A DNA stretch of 64,000 bases from Podarcis muralis (lineage: Eukaryota), in contig NC_135655.1 in the NCBI RefSeq assembly GCF_964188315.1, positions 81,158,001-81,222,000 of the forward strand. Direction: 5' to 3'. Made by a program: the position numbers and the translations under genes. Below the pieces are notes generated by a model. It did no database searches. It was not told the origin of the DNA and saw nothing but the letters and a program-made list of their open reading frames with translations. This document shows positions 36,161-47,036 of the stretch, piece by piece. The first letter of the stretch is position 1, and each line of letters opens with the position of its first letter.

Positions 36161-36908
36161 AGTGGCAAATTTCACAACCAGGGAATGAAGGGGAAAGAGA
36201 GCAGCTCTTTGGCACACCCATCCTTTTTCCTGGTTCTGAAGCTCTTCCTTTAGAAAGCATGCCAAGACTCTTAAGGAAGCGAGGGTGAGAAGGGAAACTT
36301 TCTTTCCTGAACTGCAGGCATTAGGCTTTATATGAGAGAGTGAACTCTCTTGTGGCTGTTCTTACACAGGAATGGAAGGAAGTGCGAAGTACTTGGAGAT
36401 AAAAAAATAAGACTCTAACTATTGGTATACTCACATGACTTGTGAGTGGCGAGAAGTTCTGGGAGATGCAGTGGTGACCTGGGTTTAGATACCTTTGGGG
36501 GAAAGCCATAGGAGGCTTATAGCATTTCATAATATTTACAAATATACAGGTTGAGCATAGGTATCTTGCCAGACCACTTAAATATTACAAGAGTTGACTG
36601 CTCCCACATGACATCTCTATAGAGGCAACCAGGGCTCCAATAATCCTCTTAATTGGAGCCCAAACTCAGCTGCAACTGTCTCCTTGCCCATATTTGTCTC
36701 AATCCCATTTGAAATCTGTGGTCTCTAATTTTTTTCATGAATACAAAACTTGATTCTGTCATCAGCTACGAGTGTGAGAAGAGTAAGGCATGTCCCACTT
36801 CAGATATATCCTACCCACAGAGCCAGTAATCAAAGGGGTCTGGCAACTTTGCCACATACTAATACAATTTTTTATTTTTTATTTTTTTGTTACTCTCTCC
36901 CCTATAAA

Positions 36909-37163
36909 GCCAGTGTGGTGTAGTGGTTAAGAGCGGTAGACTCATAATCTTGTGAACCGGGTTCGTGTCTCCGCTCCTCCACATGCAGCTGCTGGGTGAC
37001 CTTGGGCTAGTCACACTTCTCTGAAGTCTCTCAGCCCCACTCACCTCACAGAGTGTTTGTTGTGGGGGAGGAAGGGAAAAGGAGATTGTTAGCCACTTTG
37101 AGACTCCTTCGGGTAGTGATAAAGCGGGATATCAAATCCAAACTCCTCTCCTCCTCCTCCTCT
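36909..37163 (+). mobile_element. tRNA-derived CORE SINE (Squam3/Ther1-like)
   Basis: A box TGGTGTAGTGG, B box GGTTCG, MIR-core-like gggtgaccttgggctagtcac and (CCT)n tail; second copy at 44732-44984. Confidence 0.85.
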
Positions 37164-37457
37164 ATTGATCTCCTTGTGCCCAAATTTCCAGTCTTTTACA
37201 ACAATATGGACAAACATATGCCACATTTCCTGGACTAAAGAACAGCGTACGGCATAGTTTACAATAAACATGGAAAGAATCAGGATTTATTCTAGGTTTC
37301 ACAAGAAAGGAGATTCTGCCTAAAGATTAGGAATCGCTTTCTGACAATCTCTCCTTCACTGGAGGTTTAAAGCAGAGGTTGGACAGCTGTTTGTCAGGGA
37401 CATTTAAGTTGTGATTCCTGCATCACTGGGGGTTGGGCTAGATGGCCCTTGGGATTC

Positions 37458-40400
37458 AAGAAGTTACATGAGACTCTGATGGACTATATGGATTACAATA
37501 TGATTTTGATGGGAGATATGAATGGTGTGGTGTCTACAAATATGGACAAGGCACAGAGACAGGTAGTCACCAAGGATGGAAGACTACCAAAAACTTTCTT
37601 TGATATGAAAATATGGATTTAGTTGATATCTGGAGAATGAAGAACCCCCTGGGAAGAGAGGCAACCTTCTTCTCTGAGGCTAAAATGACATGGACAAGAA
37701 TTGACCAAATTTGGGTAACTAGAGGACTGGCTCCGAAGACTAGTAAAGTGGAAATCTGCCCCAAAACTTGCTCCGACCATAATGCCGTGAAGATGGAAAT
37801 GAAACTGACGCCAATTGGCTCCTTTAGATGGAGGATGAATGACACTTTGTTTAGGAATGAAGAATTCACTAAGAAGGCCCAAAAAACTTTGAGAGACTAC
37901 TTTGAGATAAATATGAACACTACTGTGGAAAAAAGAGTAATTTGGGATGCAAGCAAAGCGGTCATGAGAGGATTTCTGATACAACAGAATGCAATTAAGA
38001 AGAGAATTCAAAATGAGAAAAAAGATAAAATCCTGGGGAAAGTAAAGGAAGGAGAGAAGAAACTGAGGGTGAAACCAAAGTCGCAGGAGATTTTGAAAGA
38101 GATAAAGTTATATCAAGTACAATATATGAAAATGATGAATCAGGAAATAGAATGGAAGATTAAACAGATGAGACAAAAGACATTTGAATCGGCAAATAAG
38201 TGTGGAAAACTGTTGGCTTGGCAAATGAAAAAAAGACAAAAACTTAATACCATTACGAATCTGGAAGTGGAAGGAAAGAATATACAGAACCCAGTGGAAA
38301 TTAGAAAGTGCTTCCAGAGGTATTTCAAAAAACTATATACACAGGAGACGCAGAAAGAAATGGACATTGATAAATTTTTGAAAATTAATGGACTACAAAA
38401 AATTTCCCAGGAAAATAAGTTAATGCTGAATTATAAAATAACGGAGCAGGAAGTAGAAGGGGCCATTCAGAACATGGAATTGGGTAAATCCCCAGGACCG
38501 GACGGATTGACTTCAAGATACTACAGATCTCTGAAAGAATGGCTAATACAACCTTTAAAGGAAGTCTGTAATGAAATACTGGAAGGGAAAAGGGCACCAG
38601 AGTCGTGGAAGGAAGCATATATTACACTTATACCGAAAACAGAGACTGAAAAGACACAGCTCAAGAACTACCGCCCCATATCACTGCTTAATGTGGATTA
38701 TAAAATTTTTGCAGATATTTTGGCTAGAAGATTAAAAAAGGTGTTAGCAGAAGAAATTCATAAAGATCAAGCGGGTTTTCTCCCGGGCAGACACTTGTCT
38801 GACAATACGAGGAATATAATTAATATCTTAGAAAAACTACAAGTGAAGATTAATACTAAAGCAGTTTTGATATTTGTGGACGCGGAGAAAGCCTTTGACA
38901 ATATTTCTTGGAGTTTTATGAAGAAGAATTTACAGGGGATGGGGGTTGGTCAAGGTTTTGGAAATGGTATAGGTGCAATTTATTCAGAACAGAAGGCTAA
39001 ATTAATTGTGAATAACGTAGTGATGGAAGAATTTAAGATTGAGAAAGGAACACGACAAGGTTGCCCAATCTCTCCATTGCTTTTTATATTGGTCCTGGAG
39101 GTTTTCCTAAATATGATTAGAAGGGACCAATTGGTAAAAGATATACAAGTGGGAGCTAAACAGTACAAACTGAAAGCATTTGCTGATGATTTGGTATTGA
39201 CTTTACAGGAGCCAGAATCTAGTACTAAAAGAGTACTGGAATTGATTCAAGAATTTGGTCAGGTAGCAGGCTTTAAGTTGAACAAGACGAAAACTAAGGT
39301 TTTAGAGAAAAATCTAACCGAGATTGAGAGAGATAAGTTTCAGAAGGAGACAGGATTAACACTGGTTAAGAAAGTGAAATATTTAGGGGTTAACATGACT
39401 GCTAAGAGCGTGAATTTATTTAAGGATAACTATGAAAAATGTTGGACTGAAGTGAAAAAGTATTTAGAAATATGGTCAAATTTGAAGTTATCGCTGTTAG
39501 GCCGAATTGCTGTGATAAAAATGAATGTATTGCCAAGGATGCTGTTTCTGTTTCAAACATTGCAAATTTTGGACAAAATGGACTGTTTCAAGAAGTGGCA
39601 GAGAGATATCTCTAGATTTGTCTGGCAGGGCAAGAAGCCTCGTATAAAATTTAAGATATTAACTGATGCTAAAGAAAGAGGTGGATTTGCCCTGCCAGAC
39701 CTTAAACTTTATTATGAATCAGCCGCTTTTTGCTGGCTGAGAGAATGGATGCTTCTTGAAAACGCTGATGTGTTGGATTTGGAAGGTTTTAACAATGTAT
39801 TTGGTTGGCATGCATATCTGTGGTATGACAAGGTTAAAGCACACAAAGCGTTTAAAAACCATATTGTCAGGAAAGCACTGTTTAATGTCTGGATAAGATA
39901 TAAGGACTTGTTAGAAAATAAAATCCCGAGATGGCTGTCACCAATGGAAGCAAAGGCTCAGAAAAAACTCAATATGGAGGCCAAATGGCCGAAGTATTGG
40001 GAAATTCTGGAACAAGAGGGAGACAGATTAAAACTGCAGAATTTTGAAAAATTAAAAAACAGAGTGCGAGACTGGCCCCATTATTATCAAATAATGGAGG
40101 CATATAATTTGGATAAAAAACTAGGCTTCCATGGGGAAAAATCAAAATTGGAAACAGAATTGTTAGACCCCAAAGTTAAGAATCTGTCAAGAATGTATAA
40201 CTTGCTGCTGAAATGGAATACTCAGGATGAAACGGTGAAATCTGCTATGATTAAATGGGCACAAGATGTTGGACATAACATTATGATGGCTGACTGGGAA
40301 CAGTTATGGACCACAGGTATGAAGTTTACGGCATGTAATGCCTTAAGAGAGAATCTAATGAAAATTATTTATAGGTGGTACATAACACCAGTCAAGCTTG

Positions 40401-41230
40401 CAAAAATCTACCATCTGCCCGATAATAAATGCTGGAAATGTAATGAGACTGAAGGTACATTCTTTCACCTTTGGTGGACATGCCCAAGGATTAATAATTT
40501 CTGGGAGATGATTTATAATGAAATGAAAAAGGTATTTAAATACACCTTTCTGAAGAAACCAGAGGCCTTTCTCCTGGGCATGGTTGGCCAATTGGTGCCA
40601 AAGAAGGATAGAACTTTCTTTATGTATGCTACAACAGCAGCAAGAATACTCATCGCAAAGTACTGGAAGACACAAGATCTACCCACCCGGGAAGAATGGC
40701 AGATGAAGCTGATGGACTACATGGAATTGGCAGAAATGACTGGCAGAATCCGAGACAGGGAGAAGAGTCGGTGGAAGAAGATTGGAAAAAATTTAAAGTA
40801 TATTTACAGAAATATTGTAAAATTAATAAATGTTAGAAGGATGCTGGAATGAAGTTATATGGCTTTAGCAGAAATGTTATAAAGAATTAAGTAAAAATAG
40901 ATTGTTAATGGGTCAAAGTGGAAAATTTAAGGTTAGATTGTGTTAAGATAAATTATAGAACAAAAATCGAGAAAGATGGAAAGGATTTGCTGAAATAGCT
41001 AATTGAACTAGAATACAAAAAAGGGAGGTGTGAGGAGGTCGATGAAACAAGTAAATGAAAGGTAAAGATATGGAAATATTGGATGTGTTTTTAAATGTTT
41101 TTGCTTTTCTTGTCGTTTTGTTGTATTGTTTTTTGTTTTTATTTTTGATGTATTGTGAACTTTTTATTGTTTCTTTTTTCTTTCTTCTGTAACTATTAAA
41201 CCTTTAATAAATATCATTTTTTTAAAAAAA
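37458..41230 (+). mobile_element. L1-clade (L1/Tx1) LINE, 5'-truncated within the endonuclease domain
   Basis: 19-bp TSD tagatggcccttgggattc (37439-57, 41231-49); AATAAA and A7 tail; ORF2 has EN (GDMN, SDHNAV), RT (KSPGPDG, GTRQGCPISPLLF, FADD) and C-terminal CWKC...HLWWTC motifs. Confidence 0.97.
37613..40852 (+). pseudogene. L1 ORF2 (EN remnant, RT, Zn-knuckle): 1079-codon open stretch bounded by frameshifts at ~37605 and ~40756
   Basis: Upstream EN codons (KKLHETLMDY...GDMN) are in another frame; the sibling copy at 24178-24188 has the C missing at 40756. Confidence 0.9.
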
Positions 41231-41272
41231 TAGATGGCCCTTGGGATTCCTCCAAACTGTACGGTTCTATTA

Positions 41273-43149
41273 CACTGGGCAACAATTTTTTACTTTTTGA
41301 ATGTTGTCTAGATTTCTACAACTGATTTAGGGTATTTTTGCACTGCTGAATCAGGAAATGGCATCCATTTCTCTCCATCAGGTCAGGTTTTCTGTAAACT
41401 GAATGGTGGGCATTGATAAAGGTAAGTACACGTAAATTGCATGTTGCTTCACCATTTTTCAAACTTCAGGGCTTGAACTTCTGTTTCTTGGAACTCCTGG
41501 AATGCTCAGCGGCAGGGAGGTCTCTCTTCAGAGTCCAACAGTAGTCAGCCATCATGACTGTGTCCCAGCGACCCTGATACCTGGTCTCCATCTCTTTCAT
41601 GTTCTGATGGAATCTCTCCCCCTGCTCGTCACTCATTGAACCCAGGTTCTCAGGAAACCGGTCCATATGTGAAAATAGGTAGTGCATCTTGACGCTCATG
41701 TTGCAGCCCAGGTTTCTGAAAGCAGTCAGCATGTTGTTGACAAGTTCTGCGTAGTTTCTGGCCTTATTGTTGCCAAGAAAGTTCTTCACTACCAGAACAA
41801 ATGCCTTCCACGCTTCCAGTTCCACTTTGTTCATTGAGTTTCCGAACTCTGGATCTCTGATGAGCTAACGGATCTGAGGACCGTCAAAGATGCCATGGCA
41901 CAAGTAAGTGAAACAATCACCATCCTTGTCCAGAGCCTTGGTGAACTGCTTGATTAAGCCGAGCTTGATGTGCAGCAGTGGGAAGAGTATTCTGTCTCTG
42001 TCCACCAGAGGGTCGTTGATGACGTTCCTTTCTTTACAAGGCACCAGTTCCTCCTGCACAGGCCAGTCCTTCTTTGTGTAATGCTGAGCACGGTCCCTAC
42101 TATCCCACATGCACAGAAAACATGGGTACTTGGTGAAGCCAGACTGTTGTCCCAACAAAAAGTTCACAACCTTCAGGTCAACACAAATAAACCACTTATG
42201 CTGATCATAACCAATTTTCTCCAGCACATACTTCACCGCTTCATAGTTCTCCTTCAGTGTACTCGAGTGAGCCAGGGGTATAGAGGCAAACTGGTTGCCG
42301 TTGTGTAGCAGAACACATTTCAGTGATCGCTTGCTGCTGTCAATGAACAGTCTCCAATCTTTGGGTTCGTACTGTGGCACTCCAAGCTTGAGCAGAAGCT
42401 GCGCAATATCTGCACAGTACACCAAGTCCTTCTCTTCCGAGAAAAAACGGAGGTACTCTTGATGCCTGTTGCGCAAGAAGCTGATGCAAGCACTGTCAGA
42501 GAGGAGGTTTTTTTCCTTCAATCTGGATGCCAACAGTTTGGCAGAGTCCTTTGACAAGCTGAGGTCGCGAACTAGATCATTCAACTCCTTTTGGGAAAAT
42601 GGATGTGGAGCATCATCTTCAAGAACCACTTCTTCTTCATGTCCTTCAACACTGGAGGCATCTTCGTCACTAATGTCAGGAAGTTCTCCGAAGATAGGCA
42701 CTGGAATTTCATCACAATGAGCTTCAGGACGACATGCTGATTGAAGATCAGGATACTTTGTGGGGTGGCTGCCCCATTAACTTAGTTTTGATCCCCCAAC
42801 TTTATGCTTTGCTGGACCAATTTATGGAAGATTTCAAGGTTTTATGACTTCAAACTGATCCCTTTTCGACATAATCACCCAGAACTATCGGACCTGAATA
42901 CTTCTTGTCATTAAAATAATCATTTCCAATCAAAACAATTATTTGACAAGGCATTTTACCCCCACCAACTTCTTCTAAAATGCTCCACACAAGCGTACAT
43001 GTGAACAAAAACGTAAAAAAAGACATGTGGCCATAGCTCAAAAACTTGACATGATTGAGCAAAACCAATGTGATTTTTGGATTCAGCGCATCAGATTCAT
43101 CCTAAATCAGCTGAAAAAATGCAGACAACAAATTTGTTGTTGACCAGTG
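41273..43149 (-). mobile_element. Chapaev3-type (CMC superfamily) DNA transposon, 1877 bp
   Basis: Termini cactgggcaacaa / ttgttgaccagtg (12/13), 3-bp TSD TTA, subterminal ctgatttagg...gctgaatc inverted similarity, and transposase motifs DSSKRSLKCVLLHNGN, LHIKLGLIKQF, SDEQGERFHQ. Confidence 0.88.
41466..42775 (-). pseudogene. Chapaev3 transposase pseudogene
   Basis: ORFs 41865-42701 and 41466-41834 are one frame split by a single TAG (PQIR*LIRDPEF). The frame extends upstream through KYPDLQSACRP. An apparent in-frame deletion lies before GIFDGPQIR. Confidence 0.85.
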
Positions 43150-44529
43150 TTATTCTCCCCCCCCCCCCGCACATTGTGCAAGAAACCAGTACATTGTTCA
43201 CCCCTGAACCTAAAAGGAGGAAGAAGAAGGAAGAGACAGAAAGAAAAAATAACAAAGAAATATGGAAACACAGGAAATGAAAAAGACAGTGAGGGAGAAG
43301 GATGTGCCTTGGAAACAATGGGAGAGTAAGGGGAAGAAATCATTTCCTTTCCTTAACCTACATTTGGGTACCGAGGTTCCACCACAAAGCATTGACTATG
43401 AAGCTGAGCCCATTTTCCAAATTATTTTTGTGACTAGGATTTCCCCTCAGTTATAAAATGGCTATTATCCCTGTAAAATATATTGAATATTTTATTCGCT
43501 GTTATGGTCTACTCATGGTTACTGGAGATTTTCACAAAATTACTGCTCCAAAACTGTGTATTGGTTGCCTCTAACTCATGCATTCTAACTCTGTCTAGAA
43601 TAAGGTCCAGGACACACTTATTAAAACAATATATTGATTAATATCAACACATCTGCCTGTCCTTCCCTTTGTCTGGGGACCTTGTGCATCTGAGCCTAGC
43701 TAGGTCAGTCTGTTGGACATAGCAGAAGGAATCGTTGTCTCAGCCAAGGATTCTCTCTGAGATGCTGCCTTCTCTTGAACTGAACTTTCCAGAAGTCTGG
43801 TCCTGTAACTTGAGTCTTCTTCAAGGCGTAGTTCTCCAGGATAAAGTGAAGGACAAAACTAATACCAGAAAACAGGAATGAATCTCCAGGAATCCTGGGA
43901 ACACAGCAAAGGCCTGTCCTATGCCATGGCTATTGTTATAATTGAGAAAACGAGAAAGAACCAAGGCCTAAGTTCTAGTGAAGGGCTGAGCAGGAAATTG
44001 TCATTTGAGAACCGTAGCTGCTGGAGACAATTTTTAGACCATAGGCTGCTGGTCACTAACACCACTTTGCCCTTTTTTCCAGCAAATTGAAAGAGCTTTG
44101 AAGGAAGAGCTTTTGTTTGATGCACATATCCTCACACATCCTCGCTTCAGGCATTTTGTAAACTTGGGCCATTTGACCAAGCCACACCCTCTGACATCAG
44201 AGGTGAGGCAGGTGAAGATACAGCTGAACCAAAGGGGTTTGCAGGCTCCACCCATCAGCTGATTGGCAGCTCCTGCAAAGACCCAACTATCATCTGGTTA
44301 TCAGGATTTGCAAAGTGCCACGTGCAATGCTGTGCAAGCACCAATGATCAGCCCATTGTTAGGGCTTGCAGAGTATGCAAATCCTGGTGATCAGCTGATT
44401 GCTGGGACTTGCAGAGCATCAGCTGATCTGCAGTGCCTGCGAACTCCCTTTGGCTCAGCGGTCTCTTTACCTGCCCTGCACCTAGCGACTGTGATGATAT
44501 AATCCACCACCTTTCTTCTTTATCCTTCA

Positions 44530-44543
44530 CTGCCCTCTAGTGG
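44530..44543 (-). promoter_or_regulatory. CTCF core motif (CCACTAGAGGGCAG on minus)
   Basis: 14/14 match to CCASYAGRKGGCRS. Confidence 0.7.
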
Positions 44544-44731
44544 TGCGTTTATTTTATTTTTATCCTGCTACCATGTCAATATTGAACTGTTGGCAGAAAA
44601 AAACCCTTATGAATTTGAGAGAGAGAGAGAGAATTTTAACATAGATCATCTAGCCACATCCTATGCTTGTGGAGACTTATAGCCATATTTAAAACTGTTA
44701 CATTCCATAATAAAAATATCAAGAAAATAAA

Positions 44732-44984
44732 GCCAGTGTGGTGTAGTGGTTAAGAGCAGTAGTTTCGTAATCTGGGGAACCGGGTTCGCGTCTCCGCTCC
44801 TCCACATGCAGCTGCTGGGTGACCTTGGGCCAGTCACACTTCTTTGAAGTCTCTCAGCCCCACTCACCTCACAGAGTGTTTGTTGTGGGGGAGGAAGGGA
44901 AAGGAGAATGTTAGCCGCTTTGAGACTCCTTAAAGGGAGTGAAAGGCGGGATATCAAATCCAAACTCTTCTTCTTCTTCTTCTT
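44732..44984 (+). mobile_element. tRNA-derived CORE SINE (Squam3/Ther1-like)
   Basis: A/B boxes, core and (CTT)n tail; ~90% identical to 36909-37163. Confidence 0.88.
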
Positions 44985-45618
44985 GATGGGTCCTGGTGCT
45001 CAAGGTGACTTATATTACGTATATTTAAAATAGCCACATCCCATATTGAATGCACACACACAAAATAAAACTTAAAACGTTTGTGGCACTTTGGTGTGTG
45101 AGAGAGAAAGAAAGAAAGAAATTCCAGAGGGGCCATCTGGTTAGGCAGCAATAGATTGTAATGGGTTGCTCTGAAGTTATTTCAGCATGGGGGGGTGGGG
45201 GGTGTCACCCCAACACCACCTGCCCACCACTGTGTTCTGTCCTGTATTTTGCTAGAATAACTAGAGGGAGGCAGGATCCAGATCAGGACCCTAGTATGGG
45301 GGTTGGAGGCTTTAAATCTTTCACTCTCCTGCGGCTCCAATATGCATCTATGTGCAGCAGAGGCATACCTGCAACTTGCATTGCAGAAAAAGTTCCCATT
45401 AATTTCAGAGGCAATGAATTGGCCTTCTCTAGGATGCTGACATGGGGGTAGTGTGCTTTGTGCTCCCAAATCATGTGAGTCTGGATTTTGCCACTCGTGC
45501 TCTCTGGACAAGATAGATCACATACATCTCTTACAGGTTGTGCTAAATACAGCACAGAGATTCGTTTTAAAAGAGGTCTTCGTCAGCGTTGCAGATTTCT
45601 CTGAAGGGTATTTCTTGT

Positions 45619-45632
45619 CCAGCAGATGGCAG
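45619..45632 (+). promoter_or_regulatory. CTCF core motif (CCAGCAGATGGCAG)
   Basis: 14/14 match to CCASYAGRKGGCRS. Confidence 0.72.
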
Positions 45633-46256
45633 TCAGAGCACTTTGGCTCTGCTGTACTACATCATTAAATAAAAAGCCGGCATTTGTTTTTACACAAGGG
45701 AAGCTTAAAGCTGCTCTTGTTCCAGACACATTTGTAATTTGATTGTGAAACGTATTGGTCAGAAAGAATGCTTGGCTGTATTACAAATAACAAATAACAA
45801 CCCTCTGATTTCTCTTCCACATAGACAGTGATCGTATTTTTTTTAAAAAAAAGAATAGCTGGATGGAGGGTCAAAAGTGAGGTAACCCTCAGGTTTGAAA
45901 ATGCTTGAAAAACAGAACTCCTACATTGCAGTCACTTGGCATGTTCTGCATGCAGCAACACATTTTTGGTGCCAGATGACAGTTTCTAGCACTTGCAATT
46001 TGGATGCCAAGTATACAAGAAATGGCAGGGAGATTTTCTTTCCTGCAAGCCATTTATGTGATTAAAGTCTGCCCAACTCTTGCTCTAAGTATAAAGTAAA
46101 GACAGATTCATCCCTAAGGCAAACTGTATTTTCAGTGTAATGGGAATAAATATGACATCTTCAGGATTACCCAAACATGATACTTTGTCACTAAGGCTTA
46201 TTTCAAATATTTTGTTTACAAACTGATTTCCTTTTCTCTCTCAGCCCCAGACCATA

Positions 46257-46463
46257 CAGTAGTACCTCGGGTTAAGAACTTAATTCATTCTGGAGGTCCA
46301 TTCTTAACCTAAAACTGTTCTTAACCTGAGACACCACTTTAGCTAATGGGGCCTCCCGCTGCCGCCACACGTTCTCATCGTGAAGCAAAGTTCTTAACCT
46401 GAGGTACTACTTCCGGGTAGCGGAATCTGTAACCTGAAGCGTCTATAACCCAAGGTACCACTG
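46257..46463. mobile_element. Tigger-like MITE, 207 bp
   Basis: TIRs cagtagtacctcgggtta / taacccaaggtaccactg with TA flanks. Confidence 0.85.
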
Positions 46464-46810
46464 TACATGATGCATGCAACCCATGATCAGTATTCCTGAC
46501 TTTTTGAAACCACTTTTAAAATAAGTGCAATAATCTTCAAATTTGATTTGTGCAGTGGTGCTGAAGAAGGAATTGCTTAATCCTTTTCCTCAAGCTGTTT
46601 TCTGGTCTAATTTGCCCCTCACTTGAGGCTAGAGTTAGGTCTATGGAGGAAAAAAAAGTTAGCCCTGCTTCTCCCAGAGTTTTGATTAACTCTTGACAAA
46701 CTGCAGTGGCCAAAGTTTTTAGAGGGGTAATGCATGCTTCAATGTGCTTTAAAGGCACAGGGTGCATTCAGCGCAAATTTCACAGTGCTTTCTTACAATG
46801 TAATCCTAAG

Positions 46811-47036
46811 CATAGAATAGAATCACAGAATCATAGAATCATAGAATTGGAATAGACCACAAGGGCCATCGAGTCCAACCCCCTGCCAAGCAGGAAACAC
46901 CATCAGAGCACTCCTGACATATGGTTGTCAAGCCTCTGCTTAAAGACCTCCAAAGAAGGAGACTCCACCACACTCCTTGGCAGCAAATTCCACTGTTGAA
47001 CAGCTCTTACTGTCAGGAAGTTCTTCCTAATGTTTA
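46811..47036 (-). mobile_element. Young CR1 3' end, same subfamily as 14133-14742
   Basis: Near-identical to the last ~210 nt of those copies, with (ATTCTATG)n tail. Confidence 0.93.

Larger units (their letters stand above)
25708..36497. repeat. Tandem duplication of an OR unit (starts 25708, 30700, 36100; third unit partial)
   Basis: gagtggtggtgatggaccac recurs at 4992- and 5400-bp spacing with colinear alignment; most of the size difference is two MITEs in unit 2. Confidence 0.95.
37295..41270 (+). mobile_element. Degenerate CR1 3' end (37295-37457, resuming 41231-41270), split by the L1
   Basis: ggaggtttaaagcagaggttggacagc...ttgggctagatggcccttgggattc|ctccaaact...ttctat reconstitutes a CR1 3' terminus. 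Confidence 0.75.

Noticed and set aside
36909-36985. tRNA genes at SINE heads (also 44732 and 49414)
   Set aside because: A/B boxes are followed by SINE body and tail, with no complete cloverleaf or Pol III terminator.
43592-44061. Possible minus-strand solo LTR (TG...CA)
   Set aside because: No TSD, no second copy and no clear AATAAA.
45380-45420. Lhx2-Ebf composite (Greek-island type) motif near ttcccattaattt
   Set aside because: Only an Ebf half-site, in the wrong arrangement relative to the homeodomain site.
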